Source: an uncultured Enterobacteriaceae bacterium (GTDB taxonomy: Bacteria; Pseudomonadota; Gammaproteobacteria; Eutrophobiales; Eutrophobiaceae). From it: a stretch of DNA of 39,924 bases. Of this stretch, positions 1 through 9,463 are shown piece after piece (positions within the stretch are counted from its first letter, which is position 1; every line of letters starts with the position of its first letter). The DNA is taken from NCBI GenBank assembly GCA_964576645.1, contig CAZNWR010000002.1:1-39924 (forward strand), in the 5' to 3' direction. The notes beneath the pieces were generated by a model that was not told where the DNA came from, ran no database searches, and was given only the letters and a program-made list of their open reading frames with translations. Made by a program: the position numbers and the translations under genes.

Positions 1-52
1 CCGGAAGTCAGCCGTATCGGTTGAGCAAGCCGGAACTCAGAAAATTGCCGTC

Positions 53-946
53 GTGGTTGTAACCCATAATCGCAAGGACTTGCTGAGCGAGTGTCTTGCC
101 AGCTTACTTCGGCAAACCCGCCCGCCGGACCGGATCTACGTCGTCGACAATGCTTCCACCGACGGCACCGCCGAACTGCTCAAGTCCCGGGGCCTACTTG
201 CCGGCGGTAAGATAATCATGATCCGGCTGCAACGGAACACCGGCGGTGCCGGCGGCTTTCATGAAGGCATGCGCCATGCCGTGTCAGAACGGATGGACTG
301 GCTCTGGGTGATGGACGATGACGCCTGCCCGGATGAGGACGCCTTGCGGGCGCTGTTGGCCGCACAACCGGACAAGCACAACGTCTACGGATCGGTGGCC
401 ATCAACACCGATCGCGGCAAAGAGGAACTGTGCTGGCCCGCAGCGAGGCCGGGATTGGACAGCGCTTTTATCAGGGCAGAGCTTGAGCCATTGCAGGCCG
501 TTCACAATATCCCCTTTTTAGGACTCTTTATTCATACTGACCTGGTCCGAGCCATCGGCCTGCCGGACAAGAATTACTTCATACTCGGCGACGATACGGA
601 ATACATAGAGCGCGCGCGCATCCACGGTTCGAGTCTTTGCCTTGTGCGTAACAGCGTCGTGCGCCACCCGATGCCGGCTCGCCGCAGTTTCACCTTCATG
701 GGCCGGCGATTTTATAATCTGATTCTGCCGCCTTGGAAAAAGTACTACGACGTACGCAATCACATTCTCATCGGCAAAAAATACTATGGCCTGCGTTGTT
801 GGACGCAAACACTACCCGGCGTGATCGTGCGTTTGGTCGATTCCGTCGTGCATGAACCGGACCGGCTGCACATGCTGCACGCTTATACGCTGGGCATCCT
901 TGATGGAATTCTGGGCCGGCACAGCCGGCGCATCCTTCCACAGTGA
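53..946 (+). CDS. Family 2 (GT-A) glycosyltransferase, rhamnosyltransferase/WbbL-like; possibly 5'-truncated by the window edge
   Basis: 297-aa ORF. VVTHNRKDLLSECLASLLRQTRPPDRIYVVDNASTDGT plus WVMDDD give the GT2 nucleotide-sugar/DxD pattern. The frame stays open back to nt 2 (..KIAVVVVTHNR), so the true start may lie left of the window. GTG at 53 is the first in-window start. Confidence 0.8.
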   Translation: MVVTHNRKDLLSECLASLLRQTRPPDRIYVVDNASTDGTAELLKSRGLLAGGKIIMIRLQRNTGGAGGFHEGMRHAVSERMDWLWVMDDDACPDEDALRALLAAQPDKHNVYGSVAINTDRGKEELCWPAARPGLDSAFIRAELEPLQAVHNIPFLGLFIHTDLVRAIGLPDKNYFILGDDTEYIERARIHGSSLCLVRNSVVRHPMPARRSFTFMGRRFYNLILPPWKKYYDVRNHILIGKKYYGLRCWTQTLPGVIVRLVDSVVHEPDRLHMLHAYTLGILDGILGRHSRRILPQ

Positions 947-955
947 CGACGCATT

Positions 956-2074
956 ATGCAGCTGCTCTTTCTCTGCAAGCAGAAGTACATGCACAAGGAC
1001 GTGATTGATGATCGCTATGGCCGACTCTATGAGTTGCCTCATCACCTTTCACGCTATCACCAGATCACGATCATCGTGACAAACTACCGTATGACCTGGG
1101 GGTTCAAGCGGCCGCGGCGCTTCAAAGAGAATAGTAATGTCACATGGTACTCCTTGCAGATGCATTACCTGTTACTGCCGACGCTCGTCTCTTATTGGCG
1201 CCTGATTCTTCGGCAGTTCCGGGAAAATCGTCCCGCTTTGGTGGTCGGCGCTTCCGACAGTCCCCACATCATCCTGGCTTCATTGATCGCCGGGGTCCAC
1301 GGCGTACCAGTGATTCTGGACCTTTATGACAATTTCGAAGCGTTTGGCCTGAGCAAAATCCCGGGTGTCCGAACGCTCTACCGCCATGCCCTGACGCGGG
1401 CCAATGCCGTAACCTGCGTCAGCAGCCGGCTTCGGGGACATGTAGAGGCGATACGCGGAGCCAGCGGATCCGTGTTCACCATTGAAAGCACGATCAACAA
1501 ATCTGATTTTTATCCGCAGGACAAGAAAGCGGCGCGCCGCAGTCTGAACCTGGACGCCGACGGAATCTACATCGGCGCCGCCGGGTCTTTATATGCAAGC
1601 CGGGGGATCAATACCGTTTACGCGGCGTACCGCCAGATAGTCGCAGCGCGTCCCGCCGTAAAGCTCCTGCTGGCCGGCAAGCTCGATCCGCGCGCGCCGT
1701 TACCCGAACATAGTAACGTGGTTTATCTCGGCAACCTGCCACATTCCGAAATGAACAGCTTCTACAATTCTCTGGATGTCGCCTTCAACTACATGGAGGA
1801 CGACGATTTCGGCCGCTATTCATTTCCCCAGAAGGCCTACGAGATGCTCGCTTGCGAAGTGCCGGTCCTGAGCGCCCGGGTGGGCGTCTTCGCGGACTTG
1901 CTAAAGCACGACCGGTTTCTGTACACACCCGCAGATTCGGCGGAATTGACGGACAAGGCAATTTCCCTTCTTGATAAACCGGCCGTGCTGCAGCTGAATA
2001 TTCCCGCCTGGTCCGACCAGGCAGATCGACTGGATAACGTAATCTGTGGTCTTTTTACGCCTGAGCACTCTTGA
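956..2074 (+). CDS. GT-B fold glycosyltransferase (GT4/GT1-like)
   Basis: 372-aa ORF starting 10 nt after the preceding stop. The C-terminal half has a GT-B donor-site pattern (YLGNLPHSEMNSFYNSLDVAF ... FPQKAYEMLACEVPVLSARVG). Confidence 0.65.
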   Translation: MQLLFLCKQKYMHKDVIDDRYGRLYELPHHLSRYHQITIIVTNYRMTWGFKRPRRFKENSNVTWYSLQMHYLLLPTLVSYWRLILRQFRENRPALVVGASDSPHIILASLIAGVHGVPVILDLYDNFEAFGLSKIPGVRTLYRHALTRANAVTCVSSRLRGHVEAIRGASGSVFTIESTINKSDFYPQDKKAARRSLNLDADGIYIGAAGSLYASRGINTVYAAYRQIVAARPAVKLLLAGKLDPRAPLPEHSNVVYLGNLPHSEMNSFYNSLDVAFNYMEDDDFGRYSFPQKAYEMLACEVPVLSARVGVFADLLKHDRFLYTPADSAELTDKAISLLDKPAVLQLNIPAWSDQADRLDNVICGLFTPEHS

Positions 2075-2111
2075 ATAAGAAAGGACCACGCCAGGGCTTA
2101 GCGGATTTTTC

Positions 2112-3167
2112 ATGAATACCTCCTCAAGACACGGTCGCCCCGATACCAACCGGCAAACTCGGCTTGAGTTGCTGGAGACCAAGCACCCTGACTATGTCTA
2201 TCGACTGAAAAACAGCACCTACGTACTTGAACCGCGGAAGCTGTTCTACATGGATGTTCCAAAATGTGCCGGAACCAGCATCAAAACACTGTTGGCATCT
2301 GTCAAAGGCTATAACAGCGACTTGGCGGAGTTTGCCGAGTCATCCGAAACCAGACGGGAGATGCTGATCCACGAAAGGAAGATTAATCCTGTTCCCAGTT
2401 TGAGAAGTTTCCCAAGAGAGAAACAGGAAGAGATCCTGTTCGGGGACACATGGGCCAGGTTCTGCGTCGTAAGGAATCCTTATACACGCATCTTCAGCGT
2501 GTGGTTCTCAAAGGTGCTGTTGAGAGAAATTGGATATTTGGAGAAGTTGCCCGGTTACACTCTTAGAGAAACATACGAGAATACCGACCAGATACTCGAT
2601 GATTTTCGTAATTTCGTGCAGTTCATCTACGAGAATCAATCTACAAAACCTCTGGATGGGCACTGGGATCGCCAGACCAGACTCCTGCTTCATGATTCGC
2701 TGAAGTGGGACAGGATATTCAAATATGAGGAACTCCCCAGCGTCGAGGAATATCTACGCCAGAAAGGCGTAGGCGACGGTCAACTGGGCCGGCTGAACGT
2801 CTCCGGATACAATCCGGACTTCAAATGTCTTGGCAAAGACACCATCTCCAAAATCAGGGAAATGTTTGCCGAGGATTTCGAGTGTTTTGATTATGATCCC
2901 GATTTACTGCCCTCGGCCAGCTCCGTAGACGAATCCCTGCTGATTCTTTACGTAACTTCAAGCATAGCAAGAAATTTGCGGATCCAAGGTCTGCGCGCCG
3001 AAGTTGCCGGCCTATCAGCGGAAAATGGACGCCAGTCGGCGCAAATTTCCTGCCTCAAACGAGAATTTCGGGATTTAACGAACAGGTTTGTCTTTAAGAA
3101 CATCTTTAGAAAGACCGCCAAAAGGATAAGAAACACTATTTTGAAGGATGACACGCGCAATGGTTGA
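2112..3167 (+). CDS. Carbohydrate sulfotransferase-like protein (Sulfotransfer_2 type) with coiled-coil-like C-terminal tail
   Basis: 351 aa. YMDVPKCAGTSIKTLL resembles the 5'-phosphosulfate-binding loop (PKxGT[ST]S). VVRNPYTRIFSVW resembles the 3'-phosphate-binding RxPxxRxxS motif of PAPS-dependent sulfotransferases. The tail is LRIQGLRAEVAGLSAENGRQSAQISCLKREFRDL. Confidence 0.65.
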   Translation: MNTSSRHGRPDTNRQTRLELLETKHPDYVYRLKNSTYVLEPRKLFYMDVPKCAGTSIKTLLASVKGYNSDLAEFAESSETRREMLIHERKINPVPSLRSFPREKQEEILFGDTWARFCVVRNPYTRIFSVWFSKVLLREIGYLEKLPGYTLRETYENTDQILDDFRNFVQFIYENQSTKPLDGHWDRQTRLLLHDSLKWDRIFKYEELPSVEEYLRQKGVGDGQLGRLNVSGYNPDFKCLGKDTISKIREMFAEDFECFDYDPDLLPSASSVDESLLILYVTSSIARNLRIQGLRAEVAGLSAENGRQSAQISCLKREFRDLTNRFVFKNIFRKTAKRIRNTILKDDTRNG

Positions 3168-3253
3168 ACACGAGATGAACAATGATGTTGGTATTAATGG
3201 GACTCTTTCAGTGATCTCCCGGAGGTAAAGGTTGATCGCAAGAGACCGTTCCC

Positions 3254-4270
3254 ATGAAGACGCTATTCGTACATTTTGGTTTTGCCAAAACAGGCTCCAC
3301 CAGCATTCAGTTGTTTTGCTATAAGAACCGTCTGCGACTGGAGCAAGAGGGGGTAAGGTTTCTCAGATCAGGGCTTGTTTGGTGCATTCATCGGCGATAC
3401 AGAGAAAAGCTGTCCCGAATCATAGATGAGATCAATACCACAAACTTTGACACTTACATTCTTTCTGAAGAAGAAATCTCATTTAAGCCTGATACAGTTT
3501 ATTTGTCCCGCCTTTTAGCAGGGTTGCATGATTGCAAGGTGATTTTACTGTGCTACATAAGACGGCAAGATGATTTTCTTGAGTCGTTATATTGCGAAGA
3601 TATAAAGAATACGAGGATTGCGGATTCCGCAAACGCCTATTTGAACCGACTGGAAACGGCCGGCGGGCTCAGGAAGATAGACCGCGGGGATTACCTCTTG
3701 ACGATAAAGAGCTACATGCGCGCGCTCAATCTTGGCTACGAGGATTTCATCGTGCGCAGGTTTTCCAGGAACGAGCTTTACAGGGGTGATGCGGTAGTGG
3801 ACTTCATATCAATGGTTTGCCCGCATTTGCACGATCAGTTGTCAATGGACCCAGTTAACTGGGAGGAATTGGGATTCACGCCGTGCCCCCAACTGAATTT
3901 CTCAAAGGATCTGGATTACGTAGAATTCAAGCGACGTCTTAACAAAGTTATCAATAGAATGCCTGCAACGGAATCCATAAAAAACAAACTGGCCGGATGG
4001 CTGCGAAACATCCTGCGCTCCGCACCGGCGAAGCGATCCGGAGATACAAGGGCCTACTTTAACCCTGAACGAAGGCAGGAGTTGCTACGCCACTTTTCTG
4101 ATATCAATTCCGAACTCTCCCGCATATTCTTTGATGGAGCGGCACTGTTCCAGGAAGGAGATGTCCGCTCGGTTACACCATACCCAGGGCTGAAAGGCCC
4201 CCAATACCTGCGCATTCTTTGGTATTACGTGAAGGCCGGAGCACGGGCTCTGAGACCGGCCGCAAAGTGA
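3254..4270 (+). CDS. Second sulfotransferase-like / P-loop protein, function uncertain
   Basis: 338 aa. N-terminal FVHFGFAKTGSTSIQ is a PSB-loop-like KTGSTS. LLCYIRRQDDFLESLY resembles an R-x-D-x3-S 3'-PB motif. Low-GC coding sequence similar to the neighbouring genes. Confidence 0.45.
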   Translation: MKTLFVHFGFAKTGSTSIQLFCYKNRLRLEQEGVRFLRSGLVWCIHRRYREKLSRIIDEINTTNFDTYILSEEEISFKPDTVYLSRLLAGLHDCKVILLCYIRRQDDFLESLYCEDIKNTRIADSANAYLNRLETAGGLRKIDRGDYLLTIKSYMRALNLGYEDFIVRRFSRNELYRGDAVVDFISMVCPHLHDQLSMDPVNWEELGFTPCPQLNFSKDLDYVEFKRRLNKVINRMPATESIKNKLAGWLRNILRSAPAKRSGDTRAYFNPERRQELLRHFSDINSELSRIFFDGAALFQEGDVRSVTPYPGLKGPQYLRILWYYVKAGARALRPAAK

Positions 4271-4420
4271 ACTTCATGCACAGTCGCGGGACATCTGGCC
4301 ACGCGCACCTTGAAGGAGCGAACCGGTTTTCGATCCCGATACCCTGGCTGAAACAGCCTCGTACACCTATGCGCCGGAACACTGTAAATCGAATGCCCTT
4401 ACACAGGGTGATTTCCTGCA

Positions 4421-5566
4421 ATGACTGATCCCAAAGTTTCCGTAATCGTTCCGATCTTCAACACTTCCCAATATATCGAGAGGTGCGTTCGGTCACTCCT
4501 TGAACAAACTTTGAGGGAGATAGAGATAATACTCGTTAATGACGGCTCCACGGACGACAGCCACGGGGTAATCACGCGCCTGACAAAACTAGACTCCCGC
4601 ATCAGCCATGTTCATTTCGACACCAACCTGGGCACCTTCCATGCACGCCTCTCTGGAATGCTAGTGGCAAAAGGGGAGTATATAGGTACTGTCGACTCGG
4701 ACGATTGGGTCCATAAAGAGATGTACAAGAAACTCTACGACGAAGGTAAAGCGCATAATTGCGACATCGTGGAGTGCGGGCTATGGTCTGTTTCTGCCGA
4801 TGGAAGAATGTGCAGGCTGGAATGGTGTGATCACTTTGTCAGAGAATTGAACTGCCGCCAGATAGTTGCCGGCGTTCTCGCCAGGCTCATCTGGCACATC
4901 ATGGCAAACAAGATATTTCACTCATCGGTAGTCAAGGAGAGTCTTTCGTTCCTGGAAACGGTGGATGAAAAAATAATTGTCGCGGACGATAAACTCATTA
5001 CATTCCCCATGTACTTTCGGGCCAAAAAATATCGCCACCTTCCCCAGAGGATGTACTATTACGCGCAGCGCCAGCATTCGTCTTCCAACAATCGAAGCCT
5101 TGCGCATGACCTCAGGCACATCAGGGACACTCTTACAGTTGATAAACATATTCGACGCTTCTTGAATTCCAATGCTGGCAATTCGGACCTATTGAGTCTT
5201 CTTGACCAAAACGAAGCGGAAGAACTGGAGTTATGTCTAAAAAATATCAGCAATTACAAGTGCCACTCTCACGATAGAAATTTGCTCTACGAAGAGTTAA
5301 TCACGCAGTATGGAAGCAGGTATCTCGCTCTATCTCACGGCAATGTCAGAAGGGACCCGGCGACAGGGGACATCATAGTCCCAAAGAAATCCGGATTTCG
5401 GAATGCGGGACGGCAAATCAGGGGTTCCGAAAGATACTTATACCTGCTCCTGAAAACGCACTATCCCGTTCTCTCTGCTCTCTACACTCCTTTGCACGTA
5501 CTGTTCCTGTTCGCGTACAAAACAGCGATTCGAATACGAGAGTTTCTTTACGGGACGAAGCAGTGA
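4421..5566 (+). CDS. Family 2 glycosyltransferase
   Basis: 381 aa. KVSVIVPIFNTSQYIERCVRSLLEQTLREIEIILVNDGSTDDS and VDSDDW (DxD) are a classic GT2 N-terminal domain. Confidence 0.8.
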   Translation: MTDPKVSVIVPIFNTSQYIERCVRSLLEQTLREIEIILVNDGSTDDSHGVITRLTKLDSRISHVHFDTNLGTFHARLSGMLVAKGEYIGTVDSDDWVHKEMYKKLYDEGKAHNCDIVECGLWSVSADGRMCRLEWCDHFVRELNCRQIVAGVLARLIWHIMANKIFHSSVVKESLSFLETVDEKIIVADDKLITFPMYFRAKKYRHLPQRMYYYAQRQHSSSNNRSLAHDLRHIRDTLTVDKHIRRFLNSNAGNSDLLSLLDQNEAEELELCLKNISNYKCHSHDRNLLYEELITQYGSRYLALSHGNVRRDPATGDIIVPKKSGFRNAGRQIRGSERYLYLLLKTHYPVLSALYTPLHVLFLFAYKTAIRIREFLYGTKQ

Positions 5567-6702
5567 GCCGGCCTAAGGTATCTGTCGTCTTACCGACATA
5601 TAACGCCGAAGCGTATATACGCCAAACAATGGAATCGCTCGTGTCCCAGACCATGTCCGACATAGAAATCATTCCCGTAGATGATGGGTCTCCGGATGCT
5701 TGTGGGAAGATATTGGACGAATTCGCATCGATGGACAAACGCGTCAAACCCATCCATCAGGAAAATGGCGGATATGGCTCAGCCGTTAATTCCGGACTGG
5801 AACTGGCCTCTGGCGCTTTCATTGGAATAGTCGAAGCTGATGACTATGTCGAACCCGGGATGTTTGAAACCCTTTGGAATCTGGCTTCCCGCTTCGACAC
5901 TGATATTGCCAGATGCGGGTACAACGTGCTGACAAATGGAAGTGTCGCAGAGGTCGTTAGTCCCACCCCCCCTGAAAACGCGCCTTTCAACATAAGAGAG
6001 TTGCCTGAGTTTCTGGTCTCGCCCCCTGCGATTTGGTCTGCCATCTATCGGAAACAATTTCTGGAGAATCACGGGATCCGGGTGGTCGCGGACAAAGGGA
6101 TTTCCTATCAGGACGTTGACTTTTTTGTACGAACAACGATTCTCGCGGATAAACTCATTTGCACGATGACTCCTCTCTATAATTACAGACTGGACAACCC
6201 GTCCTCTTCCACCAACAGCGGGAAAAAAATCAACGACATCTTCGTAAGCTACCGGGCAACCGACAACTTTATCGAAAGTGCGTTAAGTAAATCAGACAAA
6301 ATTCGAGCATATTACACAAAGAGAAAAATATGTGACTTGCATTGGCATTTTCGCCGGCTGGGACGGTCGCCGGAGCAGCGGTATTATTTTGCCAACAAAG
6401 CCTCAAAATATCTGGAGCCAGCCGCCGGGGACGCTGCAGTTATAGCCCTGTTGAGTTCCAAACAGAAATTGTTTTTCTCCAGCATAACCAGGTATCCCCG
6501 CCTCTACACATTTTACAAGAACAACGAACCAGTTCTCGGTCTTCCGTCGAACTGGAACCAGAGGCGCCGATGGGGAAAGCTCCTCTATTTGTCGTTCGCA
6601 CACCCGGTTAAAGTCATCCTCAGGCTGGCCGCGCGGGTTTTCCATACAACACGGGAGGCGAAACATGACGCCGACACCGATCGCGAAGGTCATACAAATT
6701 GA
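5563..6702 (+). CDS. Family 2 glycosyltransferase
   Basis: 379 aa. KVSVVLPTYNAEAYIRQTMESLVSQTMSDIEIIPVDDGSPD and VEADDY. The GTG start overlaps the upstream stop (GTGA), so the genes are probably translationally coupled. Confidence 0.8.
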   Translation: MSRPKVSVVLPTYNAEAYIRQTMESLVSQTMSDIEIIPVDDGSPDACGKILDEFASMDKRVKPIHQENGGYGSAVNSGLELASGAFIGIVEADDYVEPGMFETLWNLASRFDTDIARCGYNVLTNGSVAEVVSPTPPENAPFNIRELPEFLVSPPAIWSAIYRKQFLENHGIRVVADKGISYQDVDFFVRTTILADKLICTMTPLYNYRLDNPSSSTNSGKKINDIFVSYRATDNFIESALSKSDKIRAYYTKRKICDLHWHFRRLGRSPEQRYYFANKASKYLEPAAGDAAVIALLSSKQKLFFSSITRYPRLYTFYKNNEPVLGLPSNWNQRRRWGKLLYLSFAHPVKVILRLAARVFHTTREAKHDADTDREGHTN

Positions 6703-6890
6703 AGCGGCTCATACACGGCTCCGGATGCGGCGGCAGGAATGCAGCAACGTCAGGTGAAGATTTCAGGGATCTGCAAGTATGGCAAACAGGCAGGTTATGG
6801 ATAGATATTCTGGATCCGGAGCTTTCCTGCGACTCGCTCCCTGTCCCTTATCCCACGGTGACTTTGCGCTAGCACCTCCCGTTCACTTCG

Positions 6891-8588
6891 ATGATTATTC
6901 GTAGTTTTCTCTCCTGCTTTCGCCTGCTAAACGCAAGACAGAAGCGGGACTACTTTATCGTTGTTGTTCTGTCGACACTGGCGTCGCTTACCGACATGCT
7001 TGGGATGATGGCCATAATCCCGGTGATTTCCGCTCTGGTGGACTATGACACGTCCGTGAGAAAGGGCTATCTGGTTTTCCTGTATCACCTGGCCGGAGAG
7101 CCAGAGAAGGCAGTATTTCTCGCGACACTGACCTTATGCGCCCTCGCCCTCGTATGGTTCAGCGGGGTCACCACCATGTCAGCGCTGTTCGCCAGCCAGA
7201 GGTTTTTCAAGCGAGTCAACGCGGATATTTCCGGGCGGGTATACCGTAGATACCTGTTTCAGCCGATTGAAGAATTCTATTCGAGGCCGTCCTCGGAATT
7301 TCTTCGAAATGTCAACGGCGTGAGTGAGCGAGTAGCATCGGGCGTGTTCGGTGCATCTACCATAATTCTGTCGCGGCTGATTCAGATTACGGTGATACTT
7401 ACAGCGCTGCTCTACGTAAATACTTTTGTTACCTGCGTTATCGTCGGCATCATATCGACCTGCTACCTGGCGATTTTTTTGGGTGTGAAGCCTAAGATCG
7501 TAAGGATTGCCGCTGAAAATTTTGCCGACACAAAACTGATCCAACAGCTTGCAATAGGAAGTTATCAAGGCTACCGGGGGATCACCGTTGACCAACAACT
7601 CGACCATTTTTCGTCACGATTTGACGATCTCAAAAAGGAGGCATCGAGGAAAGTCGCAAATATGGAGATTATCGGCGCCATCCCGAGAAATTTGATCGAG
7701 ATCACGGGCTTGACGTTGCTAATCGCCGCTTCCTATCTGATAGGCAGGACATCTCACGGCAGTCAGCATTTCGTCTTTGTAATGGGGCTTTTTGCAGTCG
7801 CAGCCTATAAGATCCTGCCTTCCGCGCAGCAATTGTACAACGCTTTAAACCGCCTTATGGCTTCTATGGTCGTTTACATGAAGGTGGAAGACGAATGGAA
7901 CGGTTTACCTGTAATCCAGCGCGTTCCGGCGGGTGGATCCCATATCGAAAGCTGCAGGCTCATTGAAATCGAAAATCTTTCATACAATATTGGCGACAAG
8001 CGTATTCTCAGCAACATTTGCATGAAGATCCCGCTTGTTGGAGTTATCCGCATAGCCGGGCCGTCAGGTATAGGGAAAAGCACCCTGCTGGAATTGATGG
8101 CGGGCCTGAGAAGACCGCAAAAGGGGGAGGTCTTCCTGGACGGCAGGCCCATGTCGAAGTTGAACCTCGGAAGTTGGTGGGCGTGTATATCCTACCTTTC
8201 CCAGGGTGCATACCTGTTCGAAGGCAGTATTCGTGAAAATATCGTGCTGCGAGAATTTTCGGTCGATCAGGAACGGCTTTTTGAAGTTGCGGATATATGC
8301 GGCTTGAATCTTCTTGACGGGTCAACCGGATTCGATCCGGAATTCCACGTTGCCGAGAATGGCTCGAATTTGTCGGGCGGCCAGAGGGGGCGTGTACTGC
8401 TGGCCAGGGCATTGTACAAAGACACCGGGATAGTATTTCTTGACGAGGCCTTTTCCGCCCTTGACGTTGGTGCGGCAAGAAAGATCCTGGAGAAGGTCGA
8501 AGCAGCCTTCCCCGGGCGCTGCATAATAGTCGTCAGCCACCGTGATGCTGAGTTACCTGAAGACGTAACGGAATATGTAATCAGCTAG
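6891..8588 (+). CDS. ABC exporter, fused permease + ATPase half-transporter (MsbA/PglK-type architecture)
   Basis: 565 aa. The N-terminal ~300 aa have about 6 hydrophobic segments. The C-terminal NBD has Walker A GPSGIGKST, signature LSGGQRGRV, Walker B IVFLDEAFSALD and H-loop VVSHR. Confidence 0.85.
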   Translation: MIIRSFLSCFRLLNARQKRDYFIVVVLSTLASLTDMLGMMAIIPVISALVDYDTSVRKGYLVFLYHLAGEPEKAVFLATLTLCALALVWFSGVTTMSALFASQRFFKRVNADISGRVYRRYLFQPIEEFYSRPSSEFLRNVNGVSERVASGVFGASTIILSRLIQITVILTALLYVNTFVTCVIVGIISTCYLAIFLGVKPKIVRIAAENFADTKLIQQLAIGSYQGYRGITVDQQLDHFSSRFDDLKKEASRKVANMEIIGAIPRNLIEITGLTLLIAASYLIGRTSHGSQHFVFVMGLFAVAAYKILPSAQQLYNALNRLMASMVVYMKVEDEWNGLPVIQRVPAGGSHIESCRLIEIENLSYNIGDKRILSNICMKIPLVGVIRIAGPSGIGKSTLLELMAGLRRPQKGEVFLDGRPMSKLNLGSWWACISYLSQGAYLFEGSIRENIVLREFSVDQERLFEVADICGLNLLDGSTGFDPEFHVAENGSNLSGGQRGRVLLARALYKDTGIVFLDEAFSALDVGAARKILEKVEAAFPGRCIIVVSHRDAELPEDVTEYVIS

Positions 8589-8652
8589 GCCGAACACCAG
8601 TTGAGCTTGCGCGCCGCCCGGAACATATCCTCGCCAAGGCGGCGCCGCTGAT

Positions 8653-9393
8653 TCAGCTTCGCCGGGGATCTGTACCGTGTACGTTCCCGCGGACAGCGGC
8701 AATGAATCCGCGCAGTATATTGTATTCGTTTTCATCGAGTTCCAGTCGGTTAAGGAGCCGTTGCAAGCGGAGCAGGAGCCGGCGCGGATTTTCCGGATCA
8801 AAGAAACCCACTTCGGTCATGCATTGAACCAACTGGTCCTGCAACATTTCCATCTCCTGCGCAGTGACCCGCCGCCAATCTCCCTTTGTTCCATCCGCTT
8901 CCGGAACGGTAAGAGCCAGACGGATCTCATACGCGATGACCTGCACCGCCGCGGCAAGATTCAACGAATGGAACTCCGGGTTGGTGGGGATCCGGATGGC
9001 CCCGCTGCAAAGACCCAGATCAGTGTTGGACAGGCCGGAACGTTCCGGACCGAAAACCACAGCCGCATCCGCACCGCTCGCAGTGACCTCCGCAATGCGC
9101 TCAGCGCCCTGCCGGGGCGTATATTCCGGCCACGGAATGCTGCGTTGCCGGGCGCTGGTCGCGAGCACCAGGGAACAATCGCCAATGGCATCAGCCAGGG
9201 AGTCGAAACAGCCTGCATCGGCCAACACGTCGCTTGCGCCCGCGGCGCGGGCGGTGACCTCGGCGCTGGGGAATCCCGACGGCGTAACCAGCCGCAGGCT
9301 TCCCAGGCCCATGGTTTTCATGGCGCGGGCGCTGGCGCCTATGTTTCCCGGATGAGAGGTAGCTACCAGGACGAAATGTATTTTATGCGGCAT
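8653..9393 (-). CDS. trmJ: tRNA (cytidine/uridine-2'-O)-methyltransferase TrmJ (SpoU family)
   Basis: 246 aa. IHFVLVATSHPGNIGASARAMKTMGLGSLRLV closely matches the TrmJ N-terminus. It lies divergent from suhB, as in enterobacteria. Confidence 0.85.
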   Translation of the reverse strand: MPHKIHFVLVATSHPGNIGASARAMKTMGLGSLRLVTPSGFPSAEVTARAAGASDVLADAGCFDSLADAIGDCSLVLATSARQRSIPWPEYTPRQGAERIAEVTASGADAAVVFGPERSGLSNTDLGLCSGAIRIPTNPEFHSLNLAAAVQVIAYEIRLALTVPEADGTKGDWRRVTAQEMEMLQDQLVQCMTEVGFFDPENPRRLLLRLQRLLNRLELDENEYNILRGFIAAVRGNVHGTDPRRS

Positions 9394-9463
9394 TCCAGAT
9401 ATCTCGACGTTCCACAGCTTTCAGGGAAACCCGTACAATAGCTGTCCGTTCCGGGAAATCATT

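Noticed and set aside
4330-4350. GGTTTTCGATCCC, reminiscent of a tRNA T-arm and therefore a possible att-site remnant at the island interior
   Set aside because: The flanking bases do not form a T-stem or an acceptor stem, and no tRNA-like structure can be drawn.
6711-6775. Possible third, degenerate copy of the structured repeat (CATACACGGCTCCGGATGCGG ... GGTGAAGATTTCAGGG)
   Set aside because: It shows only short patches of similarity and needs an ~18-nt insertion to align. The 12-bp stem partner is not present. I treat it as a chance resemblance unless a genome-wide model supports it.
8611-8645. Inverted repeat GCGCCGCC-N19-GGCGGCGC between the convergent ABC exporter and trmJ genes
   Set aside because: The loop is large (19 nt) and there is no T-tract on either strand. 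It could be a weak bidirectional terminator, but the evidence is insufficient to call it one.
8677-9441. 254-aa + strand ORF (and 8864-9355) opposite trmJ
   Set aside because: It is antisense to a gene with an unmistakable TrmJ N-terminus, and its product is Arg/Gly-rich with no motifs.
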